A stretch of 64,000 bases of DNA from Planctomycetota bacterium. Its GTDB lineage: Bacteria; Planctomycetota; UBA1135; UBA2386. The notes below the pieces were generated by a model, which was not told where the DNA came from, ran no database searches, and saw only the letters and a program-made list of their open reading frames with translations. Position numbers and translations under genes: made by a program. The stretch spans positions 6,536 through 70,535 of the forward strand of contig JAEUHS010000016.1 of assembly GCA_016794035.1 (NCBI GenBank), given 5' to 3'. Position 1 is the first letter of the stretch. Each line of letters opens with the position of its first letter. Shown piece after piece: positions 11,187 to 18,850 of this stretch.

Positions 11187-11214
11187 AGGGTATCCGGACC
11201 GGCTCCATGCACAA
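11187..11214 (-). promoter_or_regulatory. candidate sigma-70-type promoter of the riboswitch transcript
   Basis: -35 TTGTGC (11214-11209), a 16-nt spacer, and -10 TACCCT (11192-11187). The predicted TSS falls at the 5' edge of P1. This is a pattern match only. Confidence 0.25.
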
Positions 11215-11321
11215 GGGAAAGTGCGCCGCCGGCCGGCGCGGGACTTGCCTGATGGCCGCCGCGGCACGAGAAACCACGGTTGCCGCCGACCCTCGTCCCT
11301 GCGGTCGTGTCCAACCAGCCC

Positions 11322-12092
11322 ATGTTGTCCCTCCTGGCCGAAGTGCGGCGTCGCGCCGGCGACGCCGGCCTGAACCTGCTCGGCCTGGTGGATGCGGAAC
11401 GATTCGACGCCGCCCAGACCCGGGAGCGCCGCGTGCGGTCGATCGCGCCCGACTGCGGCACGGTGCTCGTCGTCGGCAGCGGCGGCCGCGAGCTGTGGCA
11501 GCGGTTCGAACGGCGCAGCGGGGCATCGTGCCGCAGCGCGGCGAGGGTCGACCGCTACGCATCGGCAGCGGCGCGGCAGATCGAGACGCTGTTGCGTTCG
11601 TCGGCGATCCGCTGCCGCACGATCGCCGGCCCGTGTGACTCGCGGCTGCCGTTCACGCAGCTCGGCGAGGCGGCGGGCCTCGGCACGGTGTCGCCGGTGA
11701 CGGGGCTCCTCCTGCACCCGCAGTTCGGACCCTGGGTGCGGATCCGCGCGGTCGTGCTGGCCGACGGCAGGCCGTTCGGGCCGATCGCCGATGCGTCGAT
11801 CAGCGAGCGATTCCAGCCGTGCTGCGGCTGCAGCCGCCCGTGCGTCACGGCGTGTCCGGTCGGCGTGCACGACGGCCTCGGCGGCCAGGACTTCGGTCGC
11901 TGCGCGAGCCACCGGCACGCGGGCAACTGCGAAACGCACTGCAGCAGTCGCAGCGCCTGCCCCGTGGGCAGCAGCCACCGCGACGCCGACGGCGAACATG
12001 CGCACCGCCATGCGCATTCGTTGAGCGCCCTGCGTCGGCACTTCGGACTCGGCGTCTGGCGTTGGCTGCCGAATTCCTGGCGCCGGCCATGA
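11322..12092 (+). CDS. Fe-S protein resembling the catalytic core of epoxyqueuosine reductase QueG / reductive-dehalogenase superfamily (short form)
   Basis: ORF 11280..12092 trimmed to ATG 11322. Motif LGTVSPVTGLLLHPQFGPWVRIRAVVLADG is followed by Cys clusters PCCGCSRPCVTACP and CASHRHAGNCETHCSSRSACP. Confidence 0.6.
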   Translation: MLSLLAEVRRRAGDAGLNLLGLVDAERFDAAQTRERRVRSIAPDCGTVLVVGSGGRELWQRFERRSGASCRSAARVDRYASAAARQIETLLRSSAIRCRTIAGPCDSRLPFTQLGEAAGLGTVSPVTGLLLHPQFGPWVRIRAVVLADGRPFGPIADASISERFQPCCGCSRPCVTACPVGVHDGLGGQDFGRCASHRHAGNCETHCSSRSACPVGSSHRDADGEHAHRHAHSLSALRRHFGLGVWRWLPNSWRRP

Positions 12093-12096
12093 TCGC

Positions 12097-12885
12097 ATGA
12101 GGTCGCCGGCGCGCATCGTCAGCCTCGTGCCGAGTACGACCGAGAGCCTCTGTGCACTTGGTGCGGGCGCCGCGCTGGTCGGGTGCACGCGCTACTGCGA
12201 GGAACCGGCCGGCGAACTCGCGGCCGTGCGCCGTGTGGGCGGGACCAAGAACCCCCAGCGCGAGGCGATCCTGGCCCTGCACCCCGACCTCGTGCTGGCC
12301 AACGCCGAGGAGAACCGGGCCGAGGATCTCGAGTGGCTGCAGGCCCGGGTGCGCGTCGTCGTCCACACACCTCGTACCGTCGGCGAGGCCGCTGCGTGCC
12401 TGCGCGACCTCGCGGCCGAGTTGGCCGTGCCAGAGGCCGTGCAGCCGTTCCTGCTCCGCATCGAATCGCAGCTCGCCGCCGCGCAGGTCGCGTTGCTCGA
12501 AGCGCCGGCGATCGACGTCTTCTACCCCGTGTGGTGCAGGCCGTGGATCAGCATCAACGGCGACACGTTCGTCCACGACGTGCTGCGTGTGGTCGGTCTG
12601 CGCAACATCGCCGCCGACCTGCCGCGCCGCTATCCGGAAGTCGAACTGGAATGGGTGCGTTCGCGGCGTCCCGGTGCGGTGCTGTTGCCGAGCGAGCCAT
12701 GGGCGTTCACCGCGAGCGATCGCGATGTCTGCCGCGGCGAGCGCACGTTCGGTCCGGCTGCCGTCGAGTTGTGCGACGGCCGCGACTTCTGCTGGCACGG
12801 GGTGCGGCTGGCCGACGGACTCGGGCGAGCGCTGCGCCTCGCCGCGCGATTGCGTCGCGCGGCCGGCCGGCGCCATCGATCGTGA
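12097..12885 (+). CDS. BtuF/TroA-like (Peripla_BP_2) cobalamin/metal-chelate binding protein without signal peptide
   Basis: MRSPARIVSLVPSTTESLCALGAGAALVGCTRYC...VGGTKNPQREAILALHPDLVLA matches the typical BtuF-family N-lobe. No hydrophobic leader. Starts 4 bp after the previous gene. Confidence 0.7.
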   Translation: MRSPARIVSLVPSTTESLCALGAGAALVGCTRYCEEPAGELAAVRRVGGTKNPQREAILALHPDLVLANAEENRAEDLEWLQARVRVVVHTPRTVGEAAACLRDLAAELAVPEAVQPFLLRIESQLAAAQVALLEAPAIDVFYPVWCRPWISINGDTFVHDVLRVVGLRNIAADLPRRYPEVELEWVRSRRPGAVLLPSEPWAFTASDRDVCRGERTFGPAAVELCDGRDFCWHGVRLADGLGRALRLAARLRRAAGRRHRS

Positions 12886-12891
12886 CGGTGC

Positions 12892-12919
12892 GCGGGCGCG
12901 GCCGCGAGCGAGCGCCCGT
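12892..12919. terminator. GC-rich hairpin between convergent genes (possible bidirectional terminator)
   Basis: GCGGGCGC (12892-12899) pairs with GCGCCCGT (12912-12919) across a 12-nt loop. No U-tract. Confidence 0.25.
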
Positions 12920-13275
12920 CAGCGTGCGGCTTCGACCCGCCGCTTCGTCAGGTCGATCACCGGAGCGGTGTCGCTGATCGCGCGGATGCGGGCGAGCAAC
13001 GCGTGCGCCGCGGCCTCGTCGGCGACGCGTGCGCTGCGGGCCAGCAGCGAACCGTCGACCTCCTTGGCGACGACCCAGTGCGAGCCATCGGCTTCGGTCT
13101 GTGGGCTGCTGCGCTCCGGGTCGCGCAGGGCGCTGCGCACGTGCAGGACGCCGGTCTGGGCGCCGATCTTGCCGTTGCATCCGACGCTGCGCAGCAGGAC
13201 GTCGCCGTCCGGGCCCCGCAGCTGGAAGTGGAACTTGCCGGCGTCGTCGAGAACCAGTTCGAATCGTGTTGCCAT
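12919..13275 (-). CDS. YegP/DUF1508 (UPF0339) family protein, two repeats
   Basis: This is the real 3' part of ORF 12919..14430. ATG 13275 has GGAGGAG 8 nt upstream. MATRFELVLDDAGKFHFQLRGPDGDVLLRSVGCNGKIGAQTGVLHVRSA, then a second repeat HWVVAKEVDGSLLARSARVADEAAAHALLARI. Confidence 0.8.
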   Translation of the reverse strand: MATRFELVLDDAGKFHFQLRGPDGDVLLRSVGCNGKIGAQTGVLHVRSALRDPERSSPQTEADGSHWVVAKEVDGSLLARSARVADEAAAHALLARIRAISDTAPVIDLTKRRVEAAR

Positions 13276-13427
13276 TGTCTTGCTCCTCCACTGAGCCAGA
13301 CGTTCGCGCCGGACCGGATGTTCCAATGGGACACCTATTTCCCGCCGGCGGGGCGGGCACAACGCCCGATCCTGGTCGGGGCGGGCGCCGGTCGCCGGCT
13401 GCTCGAAGCGCGTCGGGCCGCGGGTGC

Positions 13428-14783
13428 TCAGTTCGAGGTCGAGGTCGATGACCGGGTGGCAGCCCGCCGTTCGCGGCGGCGGCGCCGACGCGCGTCCATC
13501 TCCCGCTGGTGCTCCTGCGTCTCGCGCGAGGAACGGCGGGTACCCCACCAGAACAGCAGCATCAGCCCGGTCAGCACGCCGGCGAGCGCGAGTCCGACCT
13601 GCCGCATCGCCGGATCGGTCGCGAGTTCGTAGCGGTCGAGGTCGGCGGCGACGAACAGCGGCACGAAGTGGCGCTTGCCGGTCTTCGCCTCGTAGGCGAA
13701 GCGGCGGTAGTAGAGGCCGCGCACCTCGAGCTGGGCCTGCATCGGCAGATCGCCGACGCGCTTGGGCACCCAGATCGGCACCAGGGCGCCGCCCCATTCC
13801 CGCACCTGCACCAGGGCCACGGTCCAGAACTTGATCCCCGCCGGGTTGGCGGGCGCCGCGACCGTGGTGCGGCGGATCAGCGTGCCGATGATGCGCAGCG
13901 GCGTGCCGCGCAGCAGTTCGCCGGCCTTGAAGGTCTCGAACAGGTCGGCGGCGTTGAGGATGCCGATGCGGCGCCACTCGGCGAAGGTGCGGTCGCCGGC
14001 GGTGTCGCGAGCGAACGCAGCGAGGTGCCAGAGCGGTTCGCCCTGATCCTCCTCGATGGTGCGCCACATCGGGTCCTGGGGCCAGAAGCTGGTGTCCTCG
14101 ACCTTCGCCATCACCGCCGGATCGAGCTGCCGCACCGGCCCCCAGTCCTCGTAGTCGCGCTGGATCGCGCGGCCGACCAGCATCGGCACCGCACGCAGGT
14201 CGAGCGGGTAGGTGGTGTCGCGCAGCTTCAGCAGGTAGCCCTCGATGCGCACCCAGGAGCCCTTCTGGATCGTGGGCTCCGGCGGCATGGAGAACGCGGC
14301 GATCGCGTGCTCGCCGTCGGTGAGCCGGATCGTCGCCTCGTAGATCGAGTAGCCGTCGATCGGGTGCCCGGGCCGCGGTCCGGAGAGGTCGACGAGTTCG
14401 CCTTCGTACCAGATCCAGCGCCCGCGCCACTTGGCCAGGTCGGCGCGCACGGTGGCCAACGGGACCGGTTCCGCCGGCATGCCGAGGGCCGCCGCGACCG
14501 TCGGACCGACGTCGATCGCGAGCCGCAGCAGGTGCCGCAGCGGTTCCGTCTCGAGCTGCAGCCGTTGGTCGCGCGAGGTGTCGGCCACCTGCGCGAGCAG
14601 GCCGCGGTCCAGGTCCGGCGCGACGACGGTGGCTTCGACCTGGGGCGCGTCGGGTGTCGGCGCGGCGGGGGTGCTCCAGGTACCGACCAGATAGGCGATT
14701 GCCGCCAGCATGACGCCGCAGACCAGCAGTCGGACCAGCGGCGGGATCGGCGGGAGCAGGCGCGGCGGGGTCGGAGCTTGCAT
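13428..14783 (-). CDS. hypothetical membrane protein (N- and C-terminal TM helices bracketing a ~370-aa domain, Arg-rich tail)
   Basis: Protein-like composition rich in W/Y/F/K/E. TM helices LVRLLVCGVMLAAIAYLVG and VGLALAGVLTGLMLLFWWG. I recognise no family. Confidence 0.7.
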   Translation of the reverse strand: MQAPTPPRLLPPIPPLVRLLVCGVMLAAIAYLVGTWSTPAAPTPDAPQVEATVVAPDLDRGLLAQVADTSRDQRLQLETEPLRHLLRLAIDVGPTVAAALGMPAEPVPLATVRADLAKWRGRWIWYEGELVDLSGPRPGHPIDGYSIYEATIRLTDGEHAIAAFSMPPEPTIQKGSWVRIEGYLLKLRDTTYPLDLRAVPMLVGRAIQRDYEDWGPVRQLDPAVMAKVEDTSFWPQDPMWRTIEEDQGEPLWHLAAFARDTAGDRTFAEWRRIGILNAADLFETFKAGELLRGTPLRIIGTLIRRTTVAAPANPAGIKFWTVALVQVREWGGALVPIWVPKRVGDLPMQAQLEVRGLYYRRFAYEAKTGKRHFVPLFVAADLDRYELATDPAMRQVGLALAGVLTGLMLLFWWGTRRSSRETQEHQREMDARRRRRRERRAATRSSTSTSN

Positions 14784-14877
14784 CGGCAGACCGAGGATAA
14801 CGGAACGGGGCCCGGTCCGGTTTGGCTCGATCTCCTTTGCCTGGCCCGGGCCGTCCGATCGGAACGGCGCCGCGCGA

Positions 14878-15258
14878 TCAGCTCTCGGGGCGATCGAACA
14901 GGCCGCCGAGGTGGAAGTTGGCGATGTCCGAACGGTCGACGATGGTCGCCGCGTTGACGCCGAGGGTGATCGCGATCACCTCGGCGATCTCGTCGCTGGT
15001 CGCCCCCTCCTTCTTCGCCTTCTTCAGATGACCCTCGAGGCAGCCCTTGCAGCCCGACGTCAGCGCCGCGGCGATGGCGATGTACTCCTTCGTCTTCAGG
15101 TCGAGTTTCGACTTGCCGTAGGTCGCCTTGTAGAAGCCCATGTAGAGCTGCTTCAGGGCGGGCGTCAGCAACGCGTAGCTCCGCATGTCGGAACTGGGCT
15201 GGCGGCCGTCGGCGAGGGTGTCGTCGGCAGCTGATTTGGACTTGGTGTCTTCGCTCAT
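14878..15258 (-). CDS. carboxymuconolactone decarboxylase (AhpD-like) family protein
   Basis: LDLKTKEYIAIAAALTSGCKGCLEGHLKKAKKEGATSDEIAEVIAI, i.e. a CxxC in a CMD-family context. Confidence 0.8.
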   Translation of the reverse strand: MSEDTKSKSAADDTLADGRQPSSDMRSYALLTPALKQLYMGFYKATYGKSKLDLKTKEYIAIAAALTSGCKGCLEGHLKKAKKEGATSDEIAEVIAITLGVNAATIVDRSDIANFHLGGLFDRPES

Positions 15259-15345
15259 GTGATGTGCAGGGGAGGGCGCGGGCTCGGCGAGCGGCCGCCG
15301 TCGGCGGCTGCGCGTATACGATCCGGCTCGCGGGTCGGATGCGGA

Positions 15346-15771
15346 TTATTGCAGGCCGAGTTGCAGGCGCACCAGGGCATCTCGATCGGCCGAGAGTTCG
15401 AGGCTCTGGAACGCCTCCTCGAACGGATACCACTGCATCTCGCCGATCATCGGTCCGGGTCGCAGGGCGCCGACCGGTTCGCTCGGCGTGCCGGCCTGCC
15501 ATGCATAGGGCCATTCGACGACACCGACCTCGCCGAACAGCTCCTTCTGCGGCTGCAGCAACTCGATCAGGTGTACGGGACGGCGCAGACCGGTTTCGGC
15601 GTGGACTTCGCGGCGGATCGCGTCTTCGAGCTTCTCGCCCGGCGTGACCGGGCCGACGACCGGGCCGAGCGGCCACTCCTGGCGCGGTTTGTGTCGCAGC
15701 AGCAGATACTCGACCCGTCGATCGAGGACCTGGAACACGAAGACACGGACGCGGTGTTCGAGACGGAACAT
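15346..15771 (-). CDS. NUDIX hydrolase
   Basis: Nudix box GPVTPGEKLEDAIRREVHAETGL (G-x5-E-x7-REVxxETG). Confidence 0.8.
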   Translation of the reverse strand: MFRLEHRVRVFVFQVLDRRVEYLLLRHKPRQEWPLGPVVGPVTPGEKLEDAIRREVHAETGLRRPVHLIELLQPQKELFGEVGVVEWPYAWQAGTPSEPVGALRPGPMIGEMQWYPFEEAFQSLELSADRDALVRLQLGLQ

Positions 15772-15905
15772 GCGTGGACAAATCCCCCGGCTACGGCGCG
15801 ATGGCGGCGTCTCGAGGACACGCCCCTCTAGTCGCCTCCATCGGCACGGCTGCGGTCGCGACCGCCGCCGAGTCGAGAATTTTCGTCGTCACGGCGCCGG
15901 CGCCG

Positions 15906-16952
15906 TCAATGCGGTCGTGGCCCCTCGCCGTCGGCGGCCTTGCCCTTGTCGTCCTTGCCATGGCTGCCGTCGTCGAGACCGCGCAGCGCGCTGCCGCGGG
16001 CCGCACCGGCCGCGAACGCCTCGCCGACCGCCGCGAACGAGAACGGCAGCGTCTGGCCCTCGAAATTGGAACCCCACGAGTGGCCGCCGCCCTCGATCAG
16101 GCGCCAGGTGTGCACGACGCCCTTCCGGTCGAGGGCCTCGTGCAGCAGCTGGTTGCCGACCGCGAAGCCGTAGCGGTCGTCGGAACCGGCATCGAAGTAG
16201 ATGCGCAGGCCGTGCAGCGACTTGGGCTCGAGGGCCGTGGCGATGCAGAGCGGGTTCGCCTTCTGCCACGGCTCCTTCTGGATCGGATCGCCGAACACTT
16301 CGTCGAGGCCGAGCCGCTTCGCGTAGCCCTTGAGCCGTTCCGGGATCTGCTCCGGGTCCTCGGCGAACACGGCGCTGCTGTGCGCGCCGACGACGCCGAA
16401 CAGGTCCGGCTGGGTGAAGGCGATGCGCAGCGCGGCCATGCCGCCCATGCTGACGCCCATGATCGCGCGCTGGTCGCGGTCCTTGCTGACGCGGTAGGTC
16501 GCCTCGAGGTGGGCGAGCAGATCCTTGGTGATCAGGTCCTCCCAGTGCTCGTCCTTGCGGTTGAAGTACATCGACGTGCGGCCGCCGTTCGGCGTCACGA
16601 ACACGCACGGCGGCAGCTTGCCGTCGGTCACGGCCTGATCGAGCACGGGCGCGCCGCCGCGCTGATGGAAGCGCAGCTCGTCCTCGTGCATGCCGTGCAG
16701 CCAGATCACCAGCGGCCACTTCGTGTCCTTGTTCGCGGCGTCGTCGTAGCCTCTCGGCAGGTAGATGCCGTACGGCACGTCGCGATGTACGGCGTCGCTG
16801 TGGAACGTCGCTTCGCGGAAGTCGAAGTTGTGCAGTTCGACCGCCTGGCTGCGTCGACCGCTGCGCCCCCGATCGCCGCGATTGCCCTCCTGTGCAGGTA
16901 GCGGCGGCAGGACGATCAGGGCGGTGAGGGCGGCGAGGAACCAGCTGCGCAT
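15906..16952 (-). CDS. secreted esterase (putative esterase / esterase-D-like alpha/beta hydrolase)
   Basis: This is the real 3' part of ORF 15906..18347. ATG 16952 opens a signal peptide (MRSWFLAALTALIVLPPLPAQ). Motifs PLVIWLHGM, a nucleophile elbow GVSMGGMAAL, and GGGHSW. Confidence 0.8.
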   Translation of the reverse strand: MRSWFLAALTALIVLPPLPAQEGNRGDRGRSGRRSQAVELHNFDFREATFHSDAVHRDVPYGIYLPRGYDDAANKDTKWPLVIWLHGMHEDELRFHQRGGAPVLDQAVTDGKLPPCVFVTPNGGRTSMYFNRKDEHWEDLITKDLLAHLEATYRVSKDRDQRAIMGVSMGGMAALRIAFTQPDLFGVVGAHSSAVFAEDPEQIPERLKGYAKRLGLDEVFGDPIQKEPWQKANPLCIATALEPKSLHGLRIYFDAGSDDRYGFAVGNQLLHEALDRKGVVHTWRLIEGGGHSWGSNFEGQTLPFSFAAVGEAFAAGAARGSALRGLDDGSHGKDDKGKAADGEGPRPH

Positions 16953-16955
16953 GCG

Positions 16956-18314
16956 ATGTCTCCGGGCGGGGGCGCCGCTAGTGTTGCAGCAAGCGCGCCG
17001 CCCGGACAGGGGGCGCATCGAATCCTCTTGGACGCCGCCGCCGAACGCCTCGCCCCGCTGCTGTCGCAGCTCGTCAACTACGAGCGCCTGCGCCCCGATC
17101 GTCGCCTGTGGGACCTGGCGACGATGCGGCAGCTGCTGGCGCGTCCCGGCGCGCCGCCGCCGCCGCGGCCGGCGGTGCAGGTGGGGGGCAGCAAGGGCAA
17201 GGGCACGACCTGCGCGTTCCTCGGTGCGATCGCGACCGCGGCGGGCCGGCGGGTCGGCGTCTACACGTCGCCGCACCTGGAGACGCTGCTCGAACGCATC
17301 GTCGTCGACGGCCGCAACATCGACGTCGACGCCCTCGCAGGGTTGCTCCGGCACGTGCTCGGCGCGCCTGGCCTGGCACGCGCGCCGACGTTCTTCGAGG
17401 CCACCACGGTGGCGGCCGCGGACTGGTTCGCGGCGCAGCGCGTCGACCTGGCCGTCTACGAGGTGGGGCTGGGCGGGCGCTTCGATGCGACGACGGCGCT
17501 GCCGGTCGACGCCAGCATCGTCACGACGATCGAACTGGAACACACCGACGTGCTCGGCGACACGGTCGAGGCGATCGCCGGCGAGAAGGCCCACGTCGTG
17601 CGCGGGGGCGGCACGGGCTTCACCGCGGCGACCGGCGGGGCGCTGGCGGTGCTGCGCCGCCATGCCGAGCAGGTGCGGGCTCGGCTGCTGGTGCTGGGCG
17701 AGGACTTCGGCATGCGGGCGGTGCAGTGGGGTGCGGCGGGGTGCCGCGGCCGACTGTGGCTGCCGGCCGGGATCGAGCGGCCGTTCTTCCTGCCGGACGC
17801 GAGCGCGTTCGAACTGCCGGCGCTGGCCCTGGCCGCGGCGGCCTGCGCCCAGCTGCTGCCCGACACGCCGCTGCCGCTCGACCCGGCGCCGCGCCCGCGG
17901 CTGTCGTGCCGGTTCGAAGTGCGCACCGACGTCGACGGCGAGGTGCTGGTGCTGGACGGCGCCCATACCGAGCAGTCGCTGCGGGCCGTCGCCACCGAAC
18001 TGGCCCGCCGCCATCCGGGTCGGCGCGCGGCCGTGCTGTTCGCCAGCGCCGTCGGCAAGCGGTGGCGCGAGGGGTTGAGTGCGCTGCTGCCGGTTGCCGA
18101 TAGCTTCGTTGTCACGGAACTCACGGGCACGCCCGGCGAGCCGGCCGTGACGCTGGCGGCCCACCTGGCGGCCAGCGGCGCCACGTGCGAGGTGGCGGCG
18201 GACATCGCGTCCGGACTGGCGGCGTTGCGCCGGCGTCCGGGCCCACGACTGGTCGCCGGCTCGTTCTACCTCGCCGGACAGGTGAGACAGCTCCTGCGCA
18301 GCGAACAGCGATGA
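16956..18314 (+). CDS. folC: bifunctional folylpolyglutamate synthase / dihydrofolate synthase
   Basis: Motifs VGGSKGKGTT (P-loop), YTSPHL, EVGLGGRFDATT, ELEHTDVLG, IAGEKA and LDGAHT. The start is uncertain: ATG 16956 lies 3 bp from the divergent esterase ATG, and TTG 17028 is an alternative. Confidence 0.85.
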   Translation: MSPGGGAASVAASAPPGQGAHRILLDAAAERLAPLLSQLVNYERLRPDRRLWDLATMRQLLARPGAPPPPRPAVQVGGSKGKGTTCAFLGAIATAAGRRVGVYTSPHLETLLERIVVDGRNIDVDALAGLLRHVLGAPGLARAPTFFEATTVAAADWFAAQRVDLAVYEVGLGGRFDATTALPVDASIVTTIELEHTDVLGDTVEAIAGEKAHVVRGGGTGFTAATGGALAVLRRHAEQVRARLLVLGEDFGMRAVQWGAAGCRGRLWLPAGIERPFFLPDASAFELPALALAAAACAQLLPDTPLPLDPAPRPRLSCRFEVRTDVDGEVLVLDGAHTEQSLRAVATELARRHPGRRAAVLFASAVGKRWREGLSALLPVADSFVVTELTGTPGEPAVTLAAHLAASGATCEVAADIASGLAALRRRPGPRLVAGSFYLAGQVRQLLRSEQR

Positions 18315-18850
18315 ACGAACGACCCGACCCCCGCGGTGCTGCGGCATCCCCCGTGTTCGTCGAGGACCTGTTCCTCACCGACGTGTTCCTGATCAAGGGC
18401 CGGCTGCCGAACAAGCAGAAGCGACTGTCGAACCTGCTCGAGGACTACGGCCGCACCTTCCTGCCGGTGCACGACGCGACGCTGGTGTCGCTGCGCAACA
18501 ACGAGGTGATCCGCACGCCGTCGGTGATGGTCAACGTCGGCGAGGTGATCCTCGCGCACGAACTGGTCGAGGTCGCCGGCGACGAGGCGATGCGCCGCCT
18601 CGCCGGCCACGGCGCCAAGACCAGCCGCATCCGCGCGTTCTACAACGGCGTCGTGCAGTTCGAGATCGCCGGCCAGATCGAGACCGGCGCCTACGAGTCA
18701 CAGTCCGTGGTCAGCCGCAAGTACTTCATCATGCAGAAGCCGAGCGTGCGCGGTCTCGACCTCGAACAGCCCGAACTGAGCCTGCTGAAGGGGCTCGATT
18801 ACGCGATCGTGCGCAAGGACCGTATGGCCTACGTCTACGACTTCGGCTAG
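18311..18850 (+). CDS. conserved-looking hypothetical protein (179 aa), translationally coupled to folC
   Basis: This is the real 3' part of ORF 18185..18850. ATG 18311 overlaps the folC TGA (ATGA). Balanced composition (DLFLTDVFLIKGRLPNKQKRLSNLLEDYGRTFLPVHDATL...). Confidence 0.65.
   Translation: MNERPDPRGAAASPVFVEDLFLTDVFLIKGRLPNKQKRLSNLLEDYGRTFLPVHDATLVSLRNNEVIRTPSVMVNVGEVILAHELVEVAGDEAMRRLAGHGAKTSRIRAFYNGVVQFEIAGQIETGAYESQSVVSRKYFIMQKPSVRGLDLEQPELSLLKGLDYAIVRKDRMAYVYDFG

Noticed and set aside
11186-11321. A second riboswitch or leader RNA on the + strand in front of the Fe-S gene
   Set aside because: Reading the + strand gave none of the B12, SAM, TPP or other conserved cores I know. 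I treat this as ordinary promoter/5' UTR sequence.
8292-12188. 1298-aa ORF read as a single giant protein
   Set aside because: Only its last 434 codons are protein-like. The upstream portion runs out of frame through paralog A, the riboswitch and the antisense of the Fe-S gene.
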